Assembly (NCBI GenBank): GCA_963682185.1
Contig: OY821667.1
Span: 702,109 to 726,108 of the forward strand
Length of the DNA: 24,000 bases
Source: an uncultured Cohaesibacter sp.
GTDB taxonomy: Bacteria; Pseudomonadota; Alphaproteobacteria; Rhizobiales; Cohaesibacteraceae
Reading direction: 5' to 3'
Below the pieces are notes generated by a model. The model had not been told where the DNA came from, did not search any database, and saw nothing but the letters and a program-made list of their open reading frames with translations. Of the stretch, positions 12,121-22,208 are shown one piece after another. Made by a program: the position numbers and the translations under genes. Numbering within the stretch: the stretch's first letter is position 1; every line of letters starts with the position of its first letter.

Positions 12121-12270
12121 ACAAGCTCGCGTCATGTACCAATAAGACAGATTGAAACTATTGCCGAGAGCGTCGCCCATCTCCAAAATCAGCCATCGCA
12201 AGCAAACCCTAAGCCGAGCATCTATCTGAGCTTATATGAAGAAAGAACGCTTTCTACGCAAAAGACACAG

Positions 12271-12305
12271 CAAAGAAAAAGGCCGCCTTATAGAGCAAGG
12301 CGGCC
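12271..12305 (-). terminator. Rho-independent terminator of the rpoBC transcription unit
   Basis: It starts 31 nt after the rpoC stop. A 9-bp GC-rich stem (12281-12289 pairs with 12297-12305, GGCCGCCUU/AAGGCGGCC) has a 7-nt loop. On the minus strand it is followed by UUUUUCUUUG (12271-12280). Confidence 0.8.
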
Positions 12306-12335
12306 TTTCTTAATTTCGGAATGAGACTTAGTCCC

Positions 12336-15300
12336 CTATTCGGCAGGTTCCACCGGTGGCTGGCCCGACATATCGCGGATCTGCGGCGTGGAAGTCAGGG
12401 ACTGTGTCCGCTGCTTTTCTTCCAGGATCAGATCGTCGCGATGGGTAGCCACACGACGCAGGCCAGACATTACTCGGCCGGTACCAGCAGGGATCAGGCG
12501 ACCAACGATAACGTTCTCTTTGAGGCCTTCCAGGGTATCGATCTTGCCCTGTACAGATGCCTCGGTAAGCACGCGCGTGGTTTCCTGGAACGATGCGGCG
12601 GAGATGAACGAGCGTGTCTGCAAGCTGGCCTTGGTAATACCAAGCAGAACCGGCTTGCCTTTTGCAGGCTTCTTGCCCTCAGCAACAAGACGTTCATTCT
12701 CTTCTGCGAATTCCAGACGGTCGATATGTTCACCATGCAGGAAGTAGCTCTCGCCCTGATCTTCAATCTCGATCTTCTGAAGCATCTGACGAACAATCAC
12801 TTCGATATGCTTGTCGTTGATGCCCACACCCTGAAGACGGTAAACATCCTGAATCTCGTTGACGAGATAATCTGCCAGAGCTGCAACACCCTTAACGGCC
12901 AGAATATCATGAGGCGCTGGGTTGCCGTCTAGAATATACTCACCCTTTTCGATGAAGTCGCCTTCCTGAAGATGGAAAGGACGTCCTTTCGGGATAAGAT
13001 ATTCAATTGGCTCCATCGTTTCGTCAGCAGGTTCCAGAACGATGCGGCGTTTGTTCTTATAGTCGCGACCAAAGCGGATGGTGCCATCAACATCTGCGAT
13101 AACAGCATGATCCTTTGGACGACGGGCTTCGAACAACTCAGCCACACGAGGAAGACCACCGGTAATATCTTTCGTCTTGGCGCTTTCCATCGGGTTACGC
13201 GCAAGAACGTCACCAGCAGAAACCTTCGTACCGGGCTGAACCGACAGAATGGCTTCAACCTGAAGCAGATACCGAGCATCGCCACCGCGAGGAAGCGTCT
13301 TGATTGCTCCACTTGCATCTTTGATGGTGATCGCAGGCTTCATGTCTGCAGAACGAGGGTTAGACCGCCAATCGATAACAACACGCTTGGTGATACCGGT
13401 TGACTCATCCGTTGCTTCGCTAACCGAAAGCCCCTCGGCAACATCTTCAAAGTCGATGACACCGTCAGCTTCTGCAAGAATTGGACGAGTATACGGATCC
13501 CACTCAGCCAAACGCTGCCCAAGCTTAACCCGATCGCCTTCATCGACGTGAAGGATCGTACCGTATGTCACCTTATTGGTAGACCGCTCGTTGCCTTCAT
13601 CATCGATGATGGCAATGGAAACGTTCCGGCCCAGAGTGATCAGTTTGCCCTCGGAGTTGCGTGCAACGTTACGGTTGCGGATCTCGATCGTACCCTCGAA
13701 GTTGGACTCGATGAAGGAACTGTCAACCACCTGTGCCGTACCACCAATATGGAACGTACGCATGGTCAACTGCGTGCCTGGCTCACCGATAGACTGAGCA
13801 GCGATAACGCCGACAGCTTCACCAATATTCACCTCGGTACCACGAGCAAGGTCACGACCGTAACAAGCAGCACAGACACCATTGCGGGAATTACAGGTCA
13901 GAACCGAACGAACCATAATGGACTGCAAACCGCAAGTTTCGATTTCCTCGAGATGCTCTTCGGAAATGACCTGGCCCTTTGGAACGATCACGTTTCCAGT
14001 CTTGGGATTGACAACGTCGCGAGCAGCGGTACGCCCCTTGGTACGCGTACCAAGCGTTGCAACAACCTGACCGGCGTCAACAATCGCACGAACTTCAAGA
14101 CCTTCTTCAGTACCGCAATCAACTTCTGTGATGATGCAGTCCTGAGCAACGTCCACCAGACGACGGGTCAAGTAACCCGAGTTGGCCGTTTTCAGAGCCG
14201 TATCAGCCAGACCTTTACGCGCACCATGGGTGGAGTTGAAGTATTCCATCACGGTGAGGCCTTCTTTAAAGTTCGAGATAATCGGCGTTTCGATAATCTC
14301 GCCCGAAGGCTTGGCCATAAGACCACGCATACCAGCCAGCTGTTTCATCTGTGCCGGTGAACCACGAGCACCAGAGTGCGCCATCATGTAAACCGAGTTC
14401 ATCGGCTTCTGACGCTTGGTTTCTTCGTCGAACTCGACAGCCTGAATGCGTTTCATCATCTCGTCAGCAACGCGGTCGGTACATTTCGCCCAGGCGTCAA
14501 CAACCTTGTTGTATTTCTCGCCCTGCGTGATGAGACCGTCATTATACTGGCTTTCAAATTCCATCGCCATCGTGCTGGTCTCTTCGATGAGACCCGCCTT
14601 GGTATCAGGAATAACCATGTCATCCTTACCGAAGGAAATGCCGGCACGGAACGCACGGTTAAAGCCAAGACCCATGATCTTGTCGCAGAAGATGACCGTT
14701 TCCTTCTGACCACATGCCCGATAGACAAAGTGGATCATCTTGGAAATTTCTTTTTTGGTCATCAGCTTGTTACAAGCTTCATAAGACACCTGCGGATGAC
14801 GCGGCAGAAGCTCGCCGATCAGCATGCGGCCCGGCGTGGTTTCATAAATTTCCGAAACCTGATTGCCTTCTTCGTCAATGGTCTTGAAACGACCTTTGAC
14901 TTTTGCATGCAGGGTAACAGCCTTCGTTTCCAGAGCATGATGCAACTCGCCGATATCTGAGAAGAGCATCCCCTCACCCGGCTCGTTTTCATTCATGATC
15001 GAGAGATAGTAAAGACCCAGAACGATATCCTGTGACGGCACGATGATTGGTTCACCGTTGGCCGGATGCAGAATGTTGTTCGTGGACATCATCAACACGC
15101 GGGCTTCAAGCTGCGCTTCCAGAGAAAGCGGAACGTGAACAGCCATCTGGTCACCGTCAAAGTCGGCGTTGAAGGCCGAGCAGACGAGCGGATGCAGCTG
15201 AATGGCTTTACCTTCAACCAGATGCGGCTCAAAAGCCTGAATGCCAAGACGGTGAAGCGTAGGCGCACGGTTGAGCATGACCGGATGCTCGCGAATAACC

Positions 15301-16547
15301 TCTTCAAGGATATCCCAAACTTCAGGCTTGCCCTTTTCAACCAGCTTCTTGGCCTGTTTCACAGTCGTTGAATAGCCCTTGGCGTCGAGACGCGAATAGA
15401 TGAACGGCTTGAACAGCTCAAGCGCCATTTTCTTCGGCAGACCGCACTGATGCAGTTTCAGCTCAGGCCCCACAGTAATAACGGAACGACCGGAATAGTC
15501 GACGCGTTTACCCAGCAGGTTCTGACGGAAACGACCGTGCTTGCCCTTGAGCATATCGGACAGAGATTTCAGCGGACGCTTGTTGGCACCCGTGATGACG
15601 CGACCACGACGGCCGTTATCAAACAGGGCATCAACAGATTCCTGCAGCATGCGTTTTTCGTTCCGGATGATGATATCCGGTGCACGCAGCTCCATCAGAC
15701 GCTTCAGACGGTTGTTACGGTTGATCACACGACGATAGAGATCATTGAGGTCAGACGTCGCAAATCGGCCACCGTCAAGCGGCACCAGAGGGCGCAGATC
15801 CGGCGGAATCACAGGAACAACCGTCATGATCATCCATTCCGGACGGTTGCCAGATTCGATGAAGGCTTCAACGATCTTCAAACGCTTGGCAAGTTTGATC
15901 GGCTTTAGAGAAGACGTGCTTTCTGCGATTTCCTTGCGCAACTTCTCGGAGATCTGTTCCAGATCAAGAGACGCAAGAATTTCGCGGATCGCCTCAGCGC
16001 CAATCATGGCGGTGAAAGTATCCTCGCCATACTCGTCCTGTGCAATCATATACTCCTCTTCACTGAGGAGCTGATATTCCTTAAGCGGCGTCAGACCCGG
16101 CTCAACGACAATATAGTTCTCGAAGTAGAGAACGCGCTCAAGATCCTTGAGCGTCATGTCAAGCAGCTGACCGATGCGGCTTGGAAGGGATTTCAGGAAC
16201 CAGATGTGAGCAACCGGAGCAGCAAGTTCGATATGCCCCATGCGTTCACGACGCACGCGGGACAGCGTAACTTCCACACCACATTTTTCACAAATGATGC
16301 CTTTGTATTTCATGCGCTTGTACTTGCCGCACAAGCATTCATAATCCTTGATTGGACCAAAAATACGCGCACAGAAAAGACCATCACGCTCAGGCTTGAA
16401 CGTACGATAGTTGATCGTTTCAGGCTTTTTGATCTCACCAAAGGACCAGGAAAGAATTTTTTCCGGGCTCGCGATAGAAACGCGGATCTGGTCAAAAGTC
16501 TGGGCCTGAGCCTGCGGACTGAAAAGATTCATGACCTCTTGGTTCAT
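12336..16547 (-). CDS. rpoC: DNA-directed RNA polymerase subunit beta'
   Basis: 1403-aa [12 protein letters not shown]... with the N-terminal zinc-binding cysteines (CLCGKY..CEKCGVE) and the catalytic [12 protein letters not shown] motif. Confidence 0.99.
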   Translation of the reverse strand: MNQEVMNLFSPQAQAQTFDQIRVSIASPEKILSWSFGEIKKPETINYRTFKPERDGLFCARIFGPIKDYECLCGKYKRMKYKGIICEKCGVEVTLSRVRRERMGHIELAAPVAHIWFLKSLPSRIGQLLDMTLKDLERVLYFENYIVVEPGLTPLKEYQLLSEEEYMIAQDEYGEDTFTAMIGAEAIREILASLDLEQISEKLRKEIAESTSSLKPIKLAKRLKIVEAFIESGNRPEWMIMTVVPVIPPDLRPLVPLDGGRFATSDLNDLYRRVINRNNRLKRLMELRAPDIIIRNEKRMLQESVDALFDNGRRGRVITGANKRPLKSLSDMLKGKHGRFRQNLLGKRVDYSGRSVITVGPELKLHQCGLPKKMALELFKPFIYSRLDAKGYSTTVKQAKKLVEKGKPEVWDILEEVIREHPVMLNRAPTLHRLGIQAFEPHLVEGKAIQLHPLVCSAFNADFDGDQMAVHVPLSLEAQLEARVLMMSTNNILHPANGEPIIVPSQDIVLGLYYLSIMNENEPGEGMLFSDIGELHHALETKAVTLHAKVKGRFKTIDEEGNQVSEIYETTPGRMLIGELLPRHPQVSYEACNKLMTKKEISKMIHFVYRACGQKETVIFCDKIMGLGFNRAFRAGISFGKDDMVIPDTKAGLIEETSTMAMEFESQYNDGLITQGEKYNKVVDAWAKCTDRVADEMMKRIQAVEFDEETKRQKPMNSVYMMAHSGARGSPAQMKQLAGMRGLMAKPSGEIIETPIISNFKEGLTVMEYFNSTHGARKGLADTALKTANSGYLTRRLVDVAQDCIITEVDCGTEEGLEVRAIVDAGQVVATLGTRTKGRTAARDVVNPKTGNVIVPKGQVISEEHLEEIETCGLQSIMVRSVLTCNSRNGVCAACYGRDLARGTEVNIGEAVGVIAAQSIGEPGTQLTMRTFHIGGTAQVVDSSFIESNFEGTIEIRNRNVARNSEGKLITLGRNVSIAIIDDEGNERSTNKVTYGTILHVDEGDRVKLGQRLAEWDPYTRPILAEADGVIDFEDVAEGLSVSEATDESTGITKRVVIDWRSNPRSADMKPAITIKDASGAIKTLPRGGDARYLLQVEAILSVQPGTKVSAGDVLARNPMESAKTKDITGGLPRVAELFEARRPKDHAVIADVDGTIRFGRDYKNKRRIVLEPADETMEPIEYLIPKGRPFHLQEGDFIEKGEYILDGNPAPHDILAVKGVAALADYLVNEIQDVYRLQGVGINDKHIEVIVRQMLQKIEIEDQGESYFLHGEHIDRLEFAEENERLVAEGKKPAKGKPVLLGITKASLQTRSFISAASFQETTRVLTEASVQGKIDTLEGLKENVIVGRLIPAGTGRVMSGLRRVATHRDDLILEEKQRTQSLTSTPQIRDMSGQPPVEPAE

Positions 16548-16638
16548 GGTGTCTCCTCTTACGGTTTGACGGATCGCAAGGCTTTACCCCGCGACCCGTT
16601 CCGAAAAAATGCCTAGTTTCGTTTAACTCGGGCGCTGC

Positions 16639-19600
16639 TTATTCAGCAGCGTCCGCAGGCGGCGTATCGTTGGGTTCCAGATCGATCAGGCGCTGACTGT
16701 CTTCCAGCTCCATGTTCAGACCCAGGGACCGAATTTCCTTCACAAGGACGTTGAAGCTTTCCGGAATGCCTGCTTCGAAGGTATCATCCCCACGAACAAT
16801 CGCTTCATAGACCTTGGTACGTCCGGCAACGTCATCCGATTTGACGGTGAGCATTTCCTGCAAGGTGTAGGCTGCGCCATAAGCTTCCAGAGCCCAGACC
16901 TCCATCTCACCGAAGCGCTGACCACCAAACTGCGCCTTACCACCCAGCGGCTGCTGGGTAACGAGCGAGTATGGCCCAATCGAACGACCGTGGATCTTCT
17001 CGTCGACCAGATGGTGCAGTTTGAGCATATAAATATACCCAACAGTTACCTGGCGATCGAACATCTCACCTGTACGGCCATCGAACAAACGGGACTGACC
17101 TGACCGGTCAAGACCAGCCTGCACCAGCATATCGTTCACGTCTGGCTCACGCGCACCATCGAAGACCGGAGTCGCAATGGAAACACCCTTGCGCAGCTGT
17201 TCGGCCATCTTGACGACGCTCTCGTCATCATACTCGGAAACGTCAAGGTTTTTGCCGTTATCGTGATAGACGTCCTTCAGCTCCAGCCGCAGAGGCTCAA
17301 GATTGCCCGACCGTCTGTATTCATCATACATCTTGCCGATCTTGTGGCCCATGCCAGCACAGGCCCAACCAAGGTGTGTCTCGAGGATCTGCCCGATATT
17401 CATACGCGAAGGCACGCCCAGCGGGTTCAGAACGATGTCCACATGGGTACCGTCTTCCAGATATGGCATATCTTCGATCGGATTGATCTTGGATACCACA
17501 CCCTTGTTACCGTGACGGCCAGCCATTTTGTCACCCGGCTGGATCTTACGCTTGATAGCGATAAAGACCTTGGCCATTTTCATGACCCCTGGTGGCAATT
17601 CGTCACCGCGCTGCAGTTTCTCGACCTTGTCGATGAACCTCTGCTCGAGACGCTTGCGGCTTTCGTCATACTGGTTGCGAAGCGCTTCGATTTCGCCCAT
17701 CAGCTTTTCGTCGTCAACCGCGAACAACCACCACTGGCTACGAGGAAACTCGGAGATCTCGGTATGCGTGATCTCACTGTCTTTCCTGAAGCCTTTAGGG
17801 CCTGCGGTGCCGACATGGCCGTTGAGCATGTCTGCGAGGCGACCATAAACGTTGCGGTCCAGAATGGCCTGCTCGTCATCACGGTCTTTTGCCAGACGCT
17901 CGATTTCTTCGCGCTCGATCGACATCGCGCGTTCATCTTTTTCGATGCCATGACGGTTGAAGACACGCACTTCAACAACGGTACCGAAGGTTCCCGGAGG
18001 CATGCGGAGCGAGGTGTCGCGCACGTCAGAAGCCTTTTCACCGAAGATGGCACGCAGAAGCTTTTCTTCCGGTGTCATCGGGCTTTCGCCCTTCGGCGTG
18101 ATCTTGCCGACGAGAATATCGCCAGGCTTCACTTCAGCGCCGATATAGGTGATGCCAGCCTCGTCGAGATTCTTGAGCGATTCTTCCGAAACGTTCGGAA
18201 TGTCACGCGTAATCTCTTCAGGGCCAAGCTTGGTATCGCGGGCCATCACTTCGAATTCCTCGAGGTGAATCGAGGTGAAGATATCTTCTTTCACAATCCG
18301 CTCGGAGAGCAGAATGGAGTCTTCGAAGTTGTAGCCGTTCCAAGGCATGAAGGCGACGAGTACGTTACGACCAAGAGCCAGATCGCCCAGATCGGTCGAC
18401 GGACCGTCGGCAATGATCTCGCCCTTCTGAACAAAGTCGCCAACAGAAACAAGCGGACGCTGGTTGATACAGGTCGACTGGTTCGAACGCTGGAACTTGC
18501 TCAGGCGGTAGATGTCAACACCGGACCGACGCGGATCAATATCTTCGGTTGCCCGAATAACGATACGCGTGGAGTCAACCTGATCGACAATACCCGTACG
18601 AGCTGCCGCAATCGCAGCGCCGGAATCGCGCGCCACAATCGGCTCCATACCGGTACCAACGAATGGCGCTTCAGCACGAACCAGAGGCACAGCCTGACGC
18701 TGCATGTTCGAGCCCATCAGTGCGCGGTTGGCGTCATCGTTTTCCAGGAATGGAATAAGTGCTGCGGCAACAGACACAAGCTGTTTCGGCGACACGTCCA
18801 TGAAGTCAACACGCTCAATTGGCGTGATCATCACTTCACCGGCATGACGACAAATAACGGAGTCCTCTACGAAGGCGCCATCATTGGTCAGTTCGACGTT
18901 TGCCTGTGCAACATAGTGCTTGGCTTCTTCCATCGCGGAAAGATAAACAACTTCGTTGGTTACCTTGCCATCAAACACCTTGCGATAAGGTGCTTCGATG
19001 AAGCCATATTTGTTGACACGAGCGAAGGTCGCCAGAGAGTTGATCAGACCGATGTTCGGGCCTTCAGGCGTTTCAATCGGGCAGATACGACCATAGTGGG
19101 TCGGATGCACGTCTCGCACTTCAAAGCCAGCGCGTTCGCGGGTCAAACCACCTGGGCCCAACGCCGAAAGACGACGCTTATGCGTGATCTCGGACAGCGG
19201 GTTGTTCTGGTCCATGAACTGCGAAAGCTGCGAAGAGCCGAAGAACTCGCGCACAGCAGCCGCTGCCGGCTTCGCGTTGATCAGATCCTGCGGCATCACC
19301 GTGTCGATTTCAATCGAGGACATACGCTCCTTGATTGCACGTTCCATGCGCAGAAGACCAATGCGATACTGGTTTTCCATCAGCTCGCCAACAGAGCGCA
19401 CACGACGGTTACCCAAGTTATCAATATCGTCAATCTCGCCTTTGCCATCACGCAGATCAAGCAAGGTGCGGATCACTTCAACGATGTCTTCCTTACGCAG
19501 AATGCGAACCGTGTCGGCAACGTCCAGATCCATACGCATATTCATCTTCACGCGGCCAACTGCGGAAAGATCATAGCGCTCAGGATCAAAGAACAGAGAC

Positions 19601-20781
19601 TGTAGCATTGCTTCTGCCGTTTCGATGGTCGGCGGTTCGCCTGGACGCATCACGCGGTAGATATCGAACAGAGCTGCTTCACGATCAGAATTCTTGTCAA
19701 CGGCCAATGTGTTACGGATGTATGGTCCGACAGTCACGTGGTCGATGTTGAGAACGGCGATCTCTTCAAAGCCGTTGTCTTTCAGAAGAGCAAGCACCTT
19801 CTCGTCAAGCTCTTCACCGGCTTCTGCATAGATTTCACCCGTGGTGTAGCTGACGGCATCCTCGGCAAGATATTTGCCGTAAAGATCTTCGTCAGAAACC
19901 TTCAGGAACTCCAGACCGCCTTCGACAAGCTTCTTGATCTGACGGACTGTGAGTTTCTTGCCAGCTTCGAATACAACCTCACCAGTCTTCGCATCAATGA
20001 GATCCGTGTCAGGCTTGGTGCCCTTCAGGGAGTCCCCATCAAACGCCACCTGCCAGGCATCGCCAACACGAGAATACTCAACCTTATTGTAATAGGTATC
20101 GAGAATCTCTTCTGTATCCAGCCCCAACGCAAGCAACAGGCTGGAAACCGGAATCTTGCGGCGGCGGTCGATACGAGCGTAAACGACATCCTTCGCGTCA
20201 AATTCAATATCGAGCCAGGAGCCGCGATAAGGAATGATGCGCGCAGCAAACAGCAGTTTGCCCGAAGAGTGGCTCTTGCCTTTATCATGGTCGAAGAACA
20301 CACCTGGAGAGCGGTGCATCTGGGATACGATGACACGCTCGGTACCGTTGACGATGAAGGTACCTTTATCCGTCATGAGCGGCATATCGCCCATGTAGAC
20401 ATCCTGTTCCTTGATGTCCTTGACTGACTTGGCGCCAGTATCTTCGTCCACCTCAAACACAATCAGACGCAAGGTCAGTTTGAGCGGAGCAGAATAGGTC
20501 ATGCCGCGCATACGACACTCTTCAGTGTCATATTTGGGAGCCTCAAATTCATACCGCACGAACTCCAGCTGTGAAGTGCCGGAAAAGTCCGTAATCGGGA
20601 ATACAGAAGAAAATACCGCTTGGAGGCCTTCATCAAAGCGTCCAGAGGCGGGTTCTTCCACTTGCAGGAATTGGTCATAAGAAGCCTTCTGAACCTCAAT
20701 GAGGTTTGGCATTTCTGCCACTTCTTTAATGTGACCGAAGTATTTTCTTAAACGTTTGCGACCGGAAAACGTCTGAGCCAT
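16639..20781 (-). CDS. rpoB: DNA-directed RNA polymerase subunit beta
   Basis: 1380-aa [19 protein letters not shown]... with the rifampicin cluster [38 protein letters not shown] Shine-Dalgarno sequence upstream. Confidence 0.99.
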   Translation of the reverse strand: MAQTFSGRKRLRKYFGHIKEVAEMPNLIEVQKASYDQFLQVEEPASGRFDEGLQAVFSSVFPITDFSGTSQLEFVRYEFEAPKYDTEECRMRGMTYSAPLKLTLRLIVFEVDEDTGAKSVKDIKEQDVYMGDMPLMTDKGTFIVNGTERVIVSQMHRSPGVFFDHDKGKSHSSGKLLFAARIIPYRGSWLDIEFDAKDVVYARIDRRRKIPVSSLLLALGLDTEEILDTYYNKVEYSRVGDAWQVAFDGDSLKGTKPDTDLIDAKTGEVVFEAGKKLTVRQIKKLVEGGLEFLKVSDEDLYGKYLAEDAVSYTTGEIYAEAGEELDEKVLALLKDNGFEEIAVLNIDHVTVGPYIRNTLAVDKNSDREAALFDIYRVMRPGEPPTIETAEAMLQSLFFDPERYDLSAVGRVKMNMRMDLDVADTVRILRKEDIVEVIRTLLDLRDGKGEIDDIDNLGNRRVRSVGELMENQYRIGLLRMERAIKERMSSIEIDTVMPQDLINAKPAAAAVREFFGSSQLSQFMDQNNPLSEITHKRRLSALGPGGLTRERAGFEVRDVHPTHYGRICPIETPEGPNIGLINSLATFARVNKYGFIEAPYRKVFDGKVTNEVVYLSAMEEAKHYVAQANVELTNDGAFVEDSVICRHAGEVMITPIERVDFMDVSPKQLVSVAAALIPFLENDDANRALMGSNMQRQAVPLVRAEAPFVGTGMEPIVARDSGAAIAAARTGIVDQVDSTRIVIRATEDIDPRRSGVDIYRLSKFQRSNQSTCINQRPLVSVGDFVQKGEIIADGPSTDLGDLALGRNVLVAFMPWNGYNFEDSILLSERIVKEDIFTSIHLEEFEVMARDTKLGPEEITRDIPNVSEESLKNLDEAGITYIGAEVKPGDILVGKITPKGESPMTPEEKLLRAIFGEKASDVRDTSLRMPPGTFGTVVEVRVFNRHGIEKDERAMSIEREEIERLAKDRDDEQAILDRNVYGRLADMLNGHVGTAGPKGFRKDSEITHTEISEFPRSQWWLFAVDDEKLMGEIEALRNQYDESRKRLEQRFIDKVEKLQRGDELPPGVMKMAKVFIAIKRKIQPGDKMAGRHGNKGVVSKINPIEDMPYLEDGTHVDIVLNPLGVPSRMNIGQILETHLGWACAGMGHKIGKMYDEYRRSGNLEPLRLELKDVYHDNGKNLDVSEYDDESVVKMAEQLRKGVSIATPVFDGAREPDVNDMLVQAGLDRSGQSRLFDGRTGEMFDRQVTVGYIYMLKLHHLVDEKIHGRSIGPYSLVTQQPLGGKAQFGGQRFGEMEVWALEAYGAAYTLQEMLTVKSDDVAGRTKVYEAIVRGDDTFEAGIPESFNVLVKEIRSLGLNMELEDSQRLIDLEPNDTPPADAAE

Positions 20782-20850
20782 CGTCGCTCCTCGTCTCGCT
20801 CATGGGCGGTTGACCAAAAAGCCCGTCACAGGATTGTGCAGGCTCTTGAG

Positions 20851-20872
20851 AAAAACGCCCTAATTAAAGGGC
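20851..20872 (-). terminator. Weak intrinsic terminator/attenuator candidate between rplL and rpoB
   Basis: On the minus strand, GCCCU-UUAAUU-AGGGC forms a 5-bp stem followed by GUUUUUCU. The position matches the known partial terminator in the rplL-rpoB spacer of E. coli, but the stem is short. Confidence 0.35.
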
Positions 20873-20887
20873 ACCTGGTTTTGAAGC

Positions 20888-20917
20888 GAATTTCGGGGAA
20901 TCGCTCCCCCGAAATTC
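20888..20917 (-). promoter_or_regulatory. 11-bp stem-loop in the rplL-rpoB spacer (possible processing or attenuation structure)
   Basis: Read directly: 20888-20898 pairs perfectly with 20907-20917 (GAAUUUCGGGG/CCCCGAAAUUC) around an 8-nt loop. It begins 18 nt after the rplL stop and has no trailing U-tract. Confidence 0.5.
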
Positions 20918-20934
20918 TACACAAGGATTAAACC

Positions 20935-21309
20935 TTATTTCAATTCTACAGAAGCGCCAGCAGCTTCGAGCTTAGCTTTCAGCTCTTCTGCTTCTGCTTT
21001 GTCAACACCTTCTTTGACCGGCTTCGGAGCGCCTTCTACGAGCTCTTTAGCTTCTTTCAGGCCAAGACCGGTGATGCCGCGAACTTCTTTAATGACGTTG
21101 ATTTTCTTGTCGCCAGCAGCGGTCAGAACAACATCAAATTCAGTTTTTTCTTCAGCAGCTTCTGCAGCAGCGCCGCCAGCTACAGCAGCAACTGCGACAG
21201 GAGCAGCAGCAGAAACGCCCCATTTTTCTTCAAGCATGGTGGAAAGCTCAGCAGCTTCCATAACGGTCAGGGTAGAAAGTTCTTCTACGAGCTTTTCAAG
21301 ATCAGCCAT
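20935..21309 (-). CDS. rplL: 50S ribosomal protein L7/L12
   Basis: 124-aa ORF with the Ala-rich hinge ([21 protein letters not shown]) and C-terminal domain [23 protein letters not shown]. Confidence 0.98.
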   Translation of the reverse strand: MADLEKLVEELSTLTVMEAAELSTMLEEKWGVSAAAPVAVAAVAGGAAAEAAEEKTEFDVVLTAAGDKKINVIKEVRGITGLGLKEAKELVEGAPKPVKEGVDKAEAEELKAKLEAAGASVELK

Positions 21310-21362
21310 CGTATTGTTTCCTGTTGGTACGAACCTAAAATTCTAGTTATGTGAGAACGGCC

Positions 21363-21881
21363 TTACGCCGCTTCGTCCTTCTTGGCATATGCGCCGAATA
21401 CCCGTGCGAGCTGTCCGCCCGGAGCCTGCAGAACCTGAGCAACCTTGGTTGCAGGTGCCTGAAGGACACCAACAATCTTGCCACGCAGTTCATCAAGCGA
21501 CGGCATGGTTGCTAGTGCATTCACGCCCGCGGTATCGAGTACAGTGGTGCCCATGACACCGCCAAGAATGACGAGCTTTTCGTTCTTCTTGGCGAATTCA
21601 GAGGCCACCTTCGGTGCTGCAACCGGGTCATTAGAAGTAGCAATGACGGTCTGACCTTTGAAAAGATCAGAAATCGGTTCAGCATCCGTGCCTTGAAGAG
21701 CGAGCTTGACAAGACGGTTCTTGGCAACCTGCACCGATGCTCCGGCTTCGCGCATTTTGCTACGAAGTTCGGTCATTTCAGCAACAGTGAGGCCAGCATA
21801 GTGAGCAACGACCACGACTTCCGCGCTATTCAGCGTTTCGTGAAGGGACGATACAAGCTCTTGCTTTTCCGCTCTATCCAA
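21363..21881 (-). CDS. rplJ: 50S ribosomal protein L10
   Basis: The ORF-track entry (181 aa) starts at ATG 21908, which has no usable spacing to a Shine-Dalgarno sequence. The TTG at 21881 lies 6 nt after GGAGAG and gives (M)[12 protein letters not shown]..., the usual L10 N-terminus, and a 172-aa product. The gene call is secure; the start call is about 0.6. Confidence 0.93.
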   Translation of the reverse strand: MDRAEKQELVSSLHETLNSAEVVVVAHYAGLTVAEMTELRSKMREAGASVQVAKNRLVKLALQGTDAEPISDLFKGQTVIATSNDPVAAPKVASEFAKKNEKLVILGGVMGTTVLDTAGVNALATMPSLDELRGKIVGVLQAPATKVAQVLQAPGGQLARVFGAYAKKDEAA

Positions 21882-22208
21882 TGCCTTCTCTCCAGTTACC
21901 GGCTCCATCCTTGAGGGAAGAAACCGGAGGTTACACTTGACCAGATCTTCTTAACTACAGTGAGCAAGGAGTCCTGGCGCGAAGGGACCTGTCCTCCTTG
22001 CCACCCTTGCAAAGCAAAGAACTGGCAAGCATAGGTTCGAACCAAACTGACATGTTTGAAATGTCAAATTAGCCCACCCCATCTGTGCAGGAAATTAAGT
22101 TTGACATTAAAGAACACCAAACCCCTGCAGTCTTGGACAGGTGTCTGACCACAGTCAGACATCCCCCCGACAAGAATCGGGAGGAATCACTTTTGACTTC
22201 TAATCGGT
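21882..22208 (-). promoter_or_regulatory. rplA-rplJ intergenic region: probable rplJ promoter plus L10(L12)4 autoregulatory leader
   Basis: 327 nt of non-coding sequence with several stems: 22142-22161; 22163-22184; 21964-21971 pairing with 21994-22001; and an alternative-pairing triad at 22048-22108. By analogy, the E. coli rplJ leader is the L10 translational operator. Homology to that leader was not verified. Confidence 0.5.
22105..22116 (-). promoter_or_regulatory. boxA-like element (TGTTCTTTAATG) in the rplJ upstream region
   Basis: On the minus strand, TGTTCTTTAA matches the boxA core (TGCTCTTTAA in E. coli rrn; TGTTCTTT-type in some other phyla). It overlaps arm A of the alternative-pairing triad. 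Confidence 0.3.

Noticed and set aside
22034-22043. GGTTCGAACC, which resembles a tRNA T-arm/T-loop (GGTTCGAATCC), considered as a possible tRNA or tRNA-like element.
   Set aside because: No flanking acceptor, D or anticodon arms can be drawn. It is a self-complementary 10-mer within the rplJ leader, not a tRNA gene.
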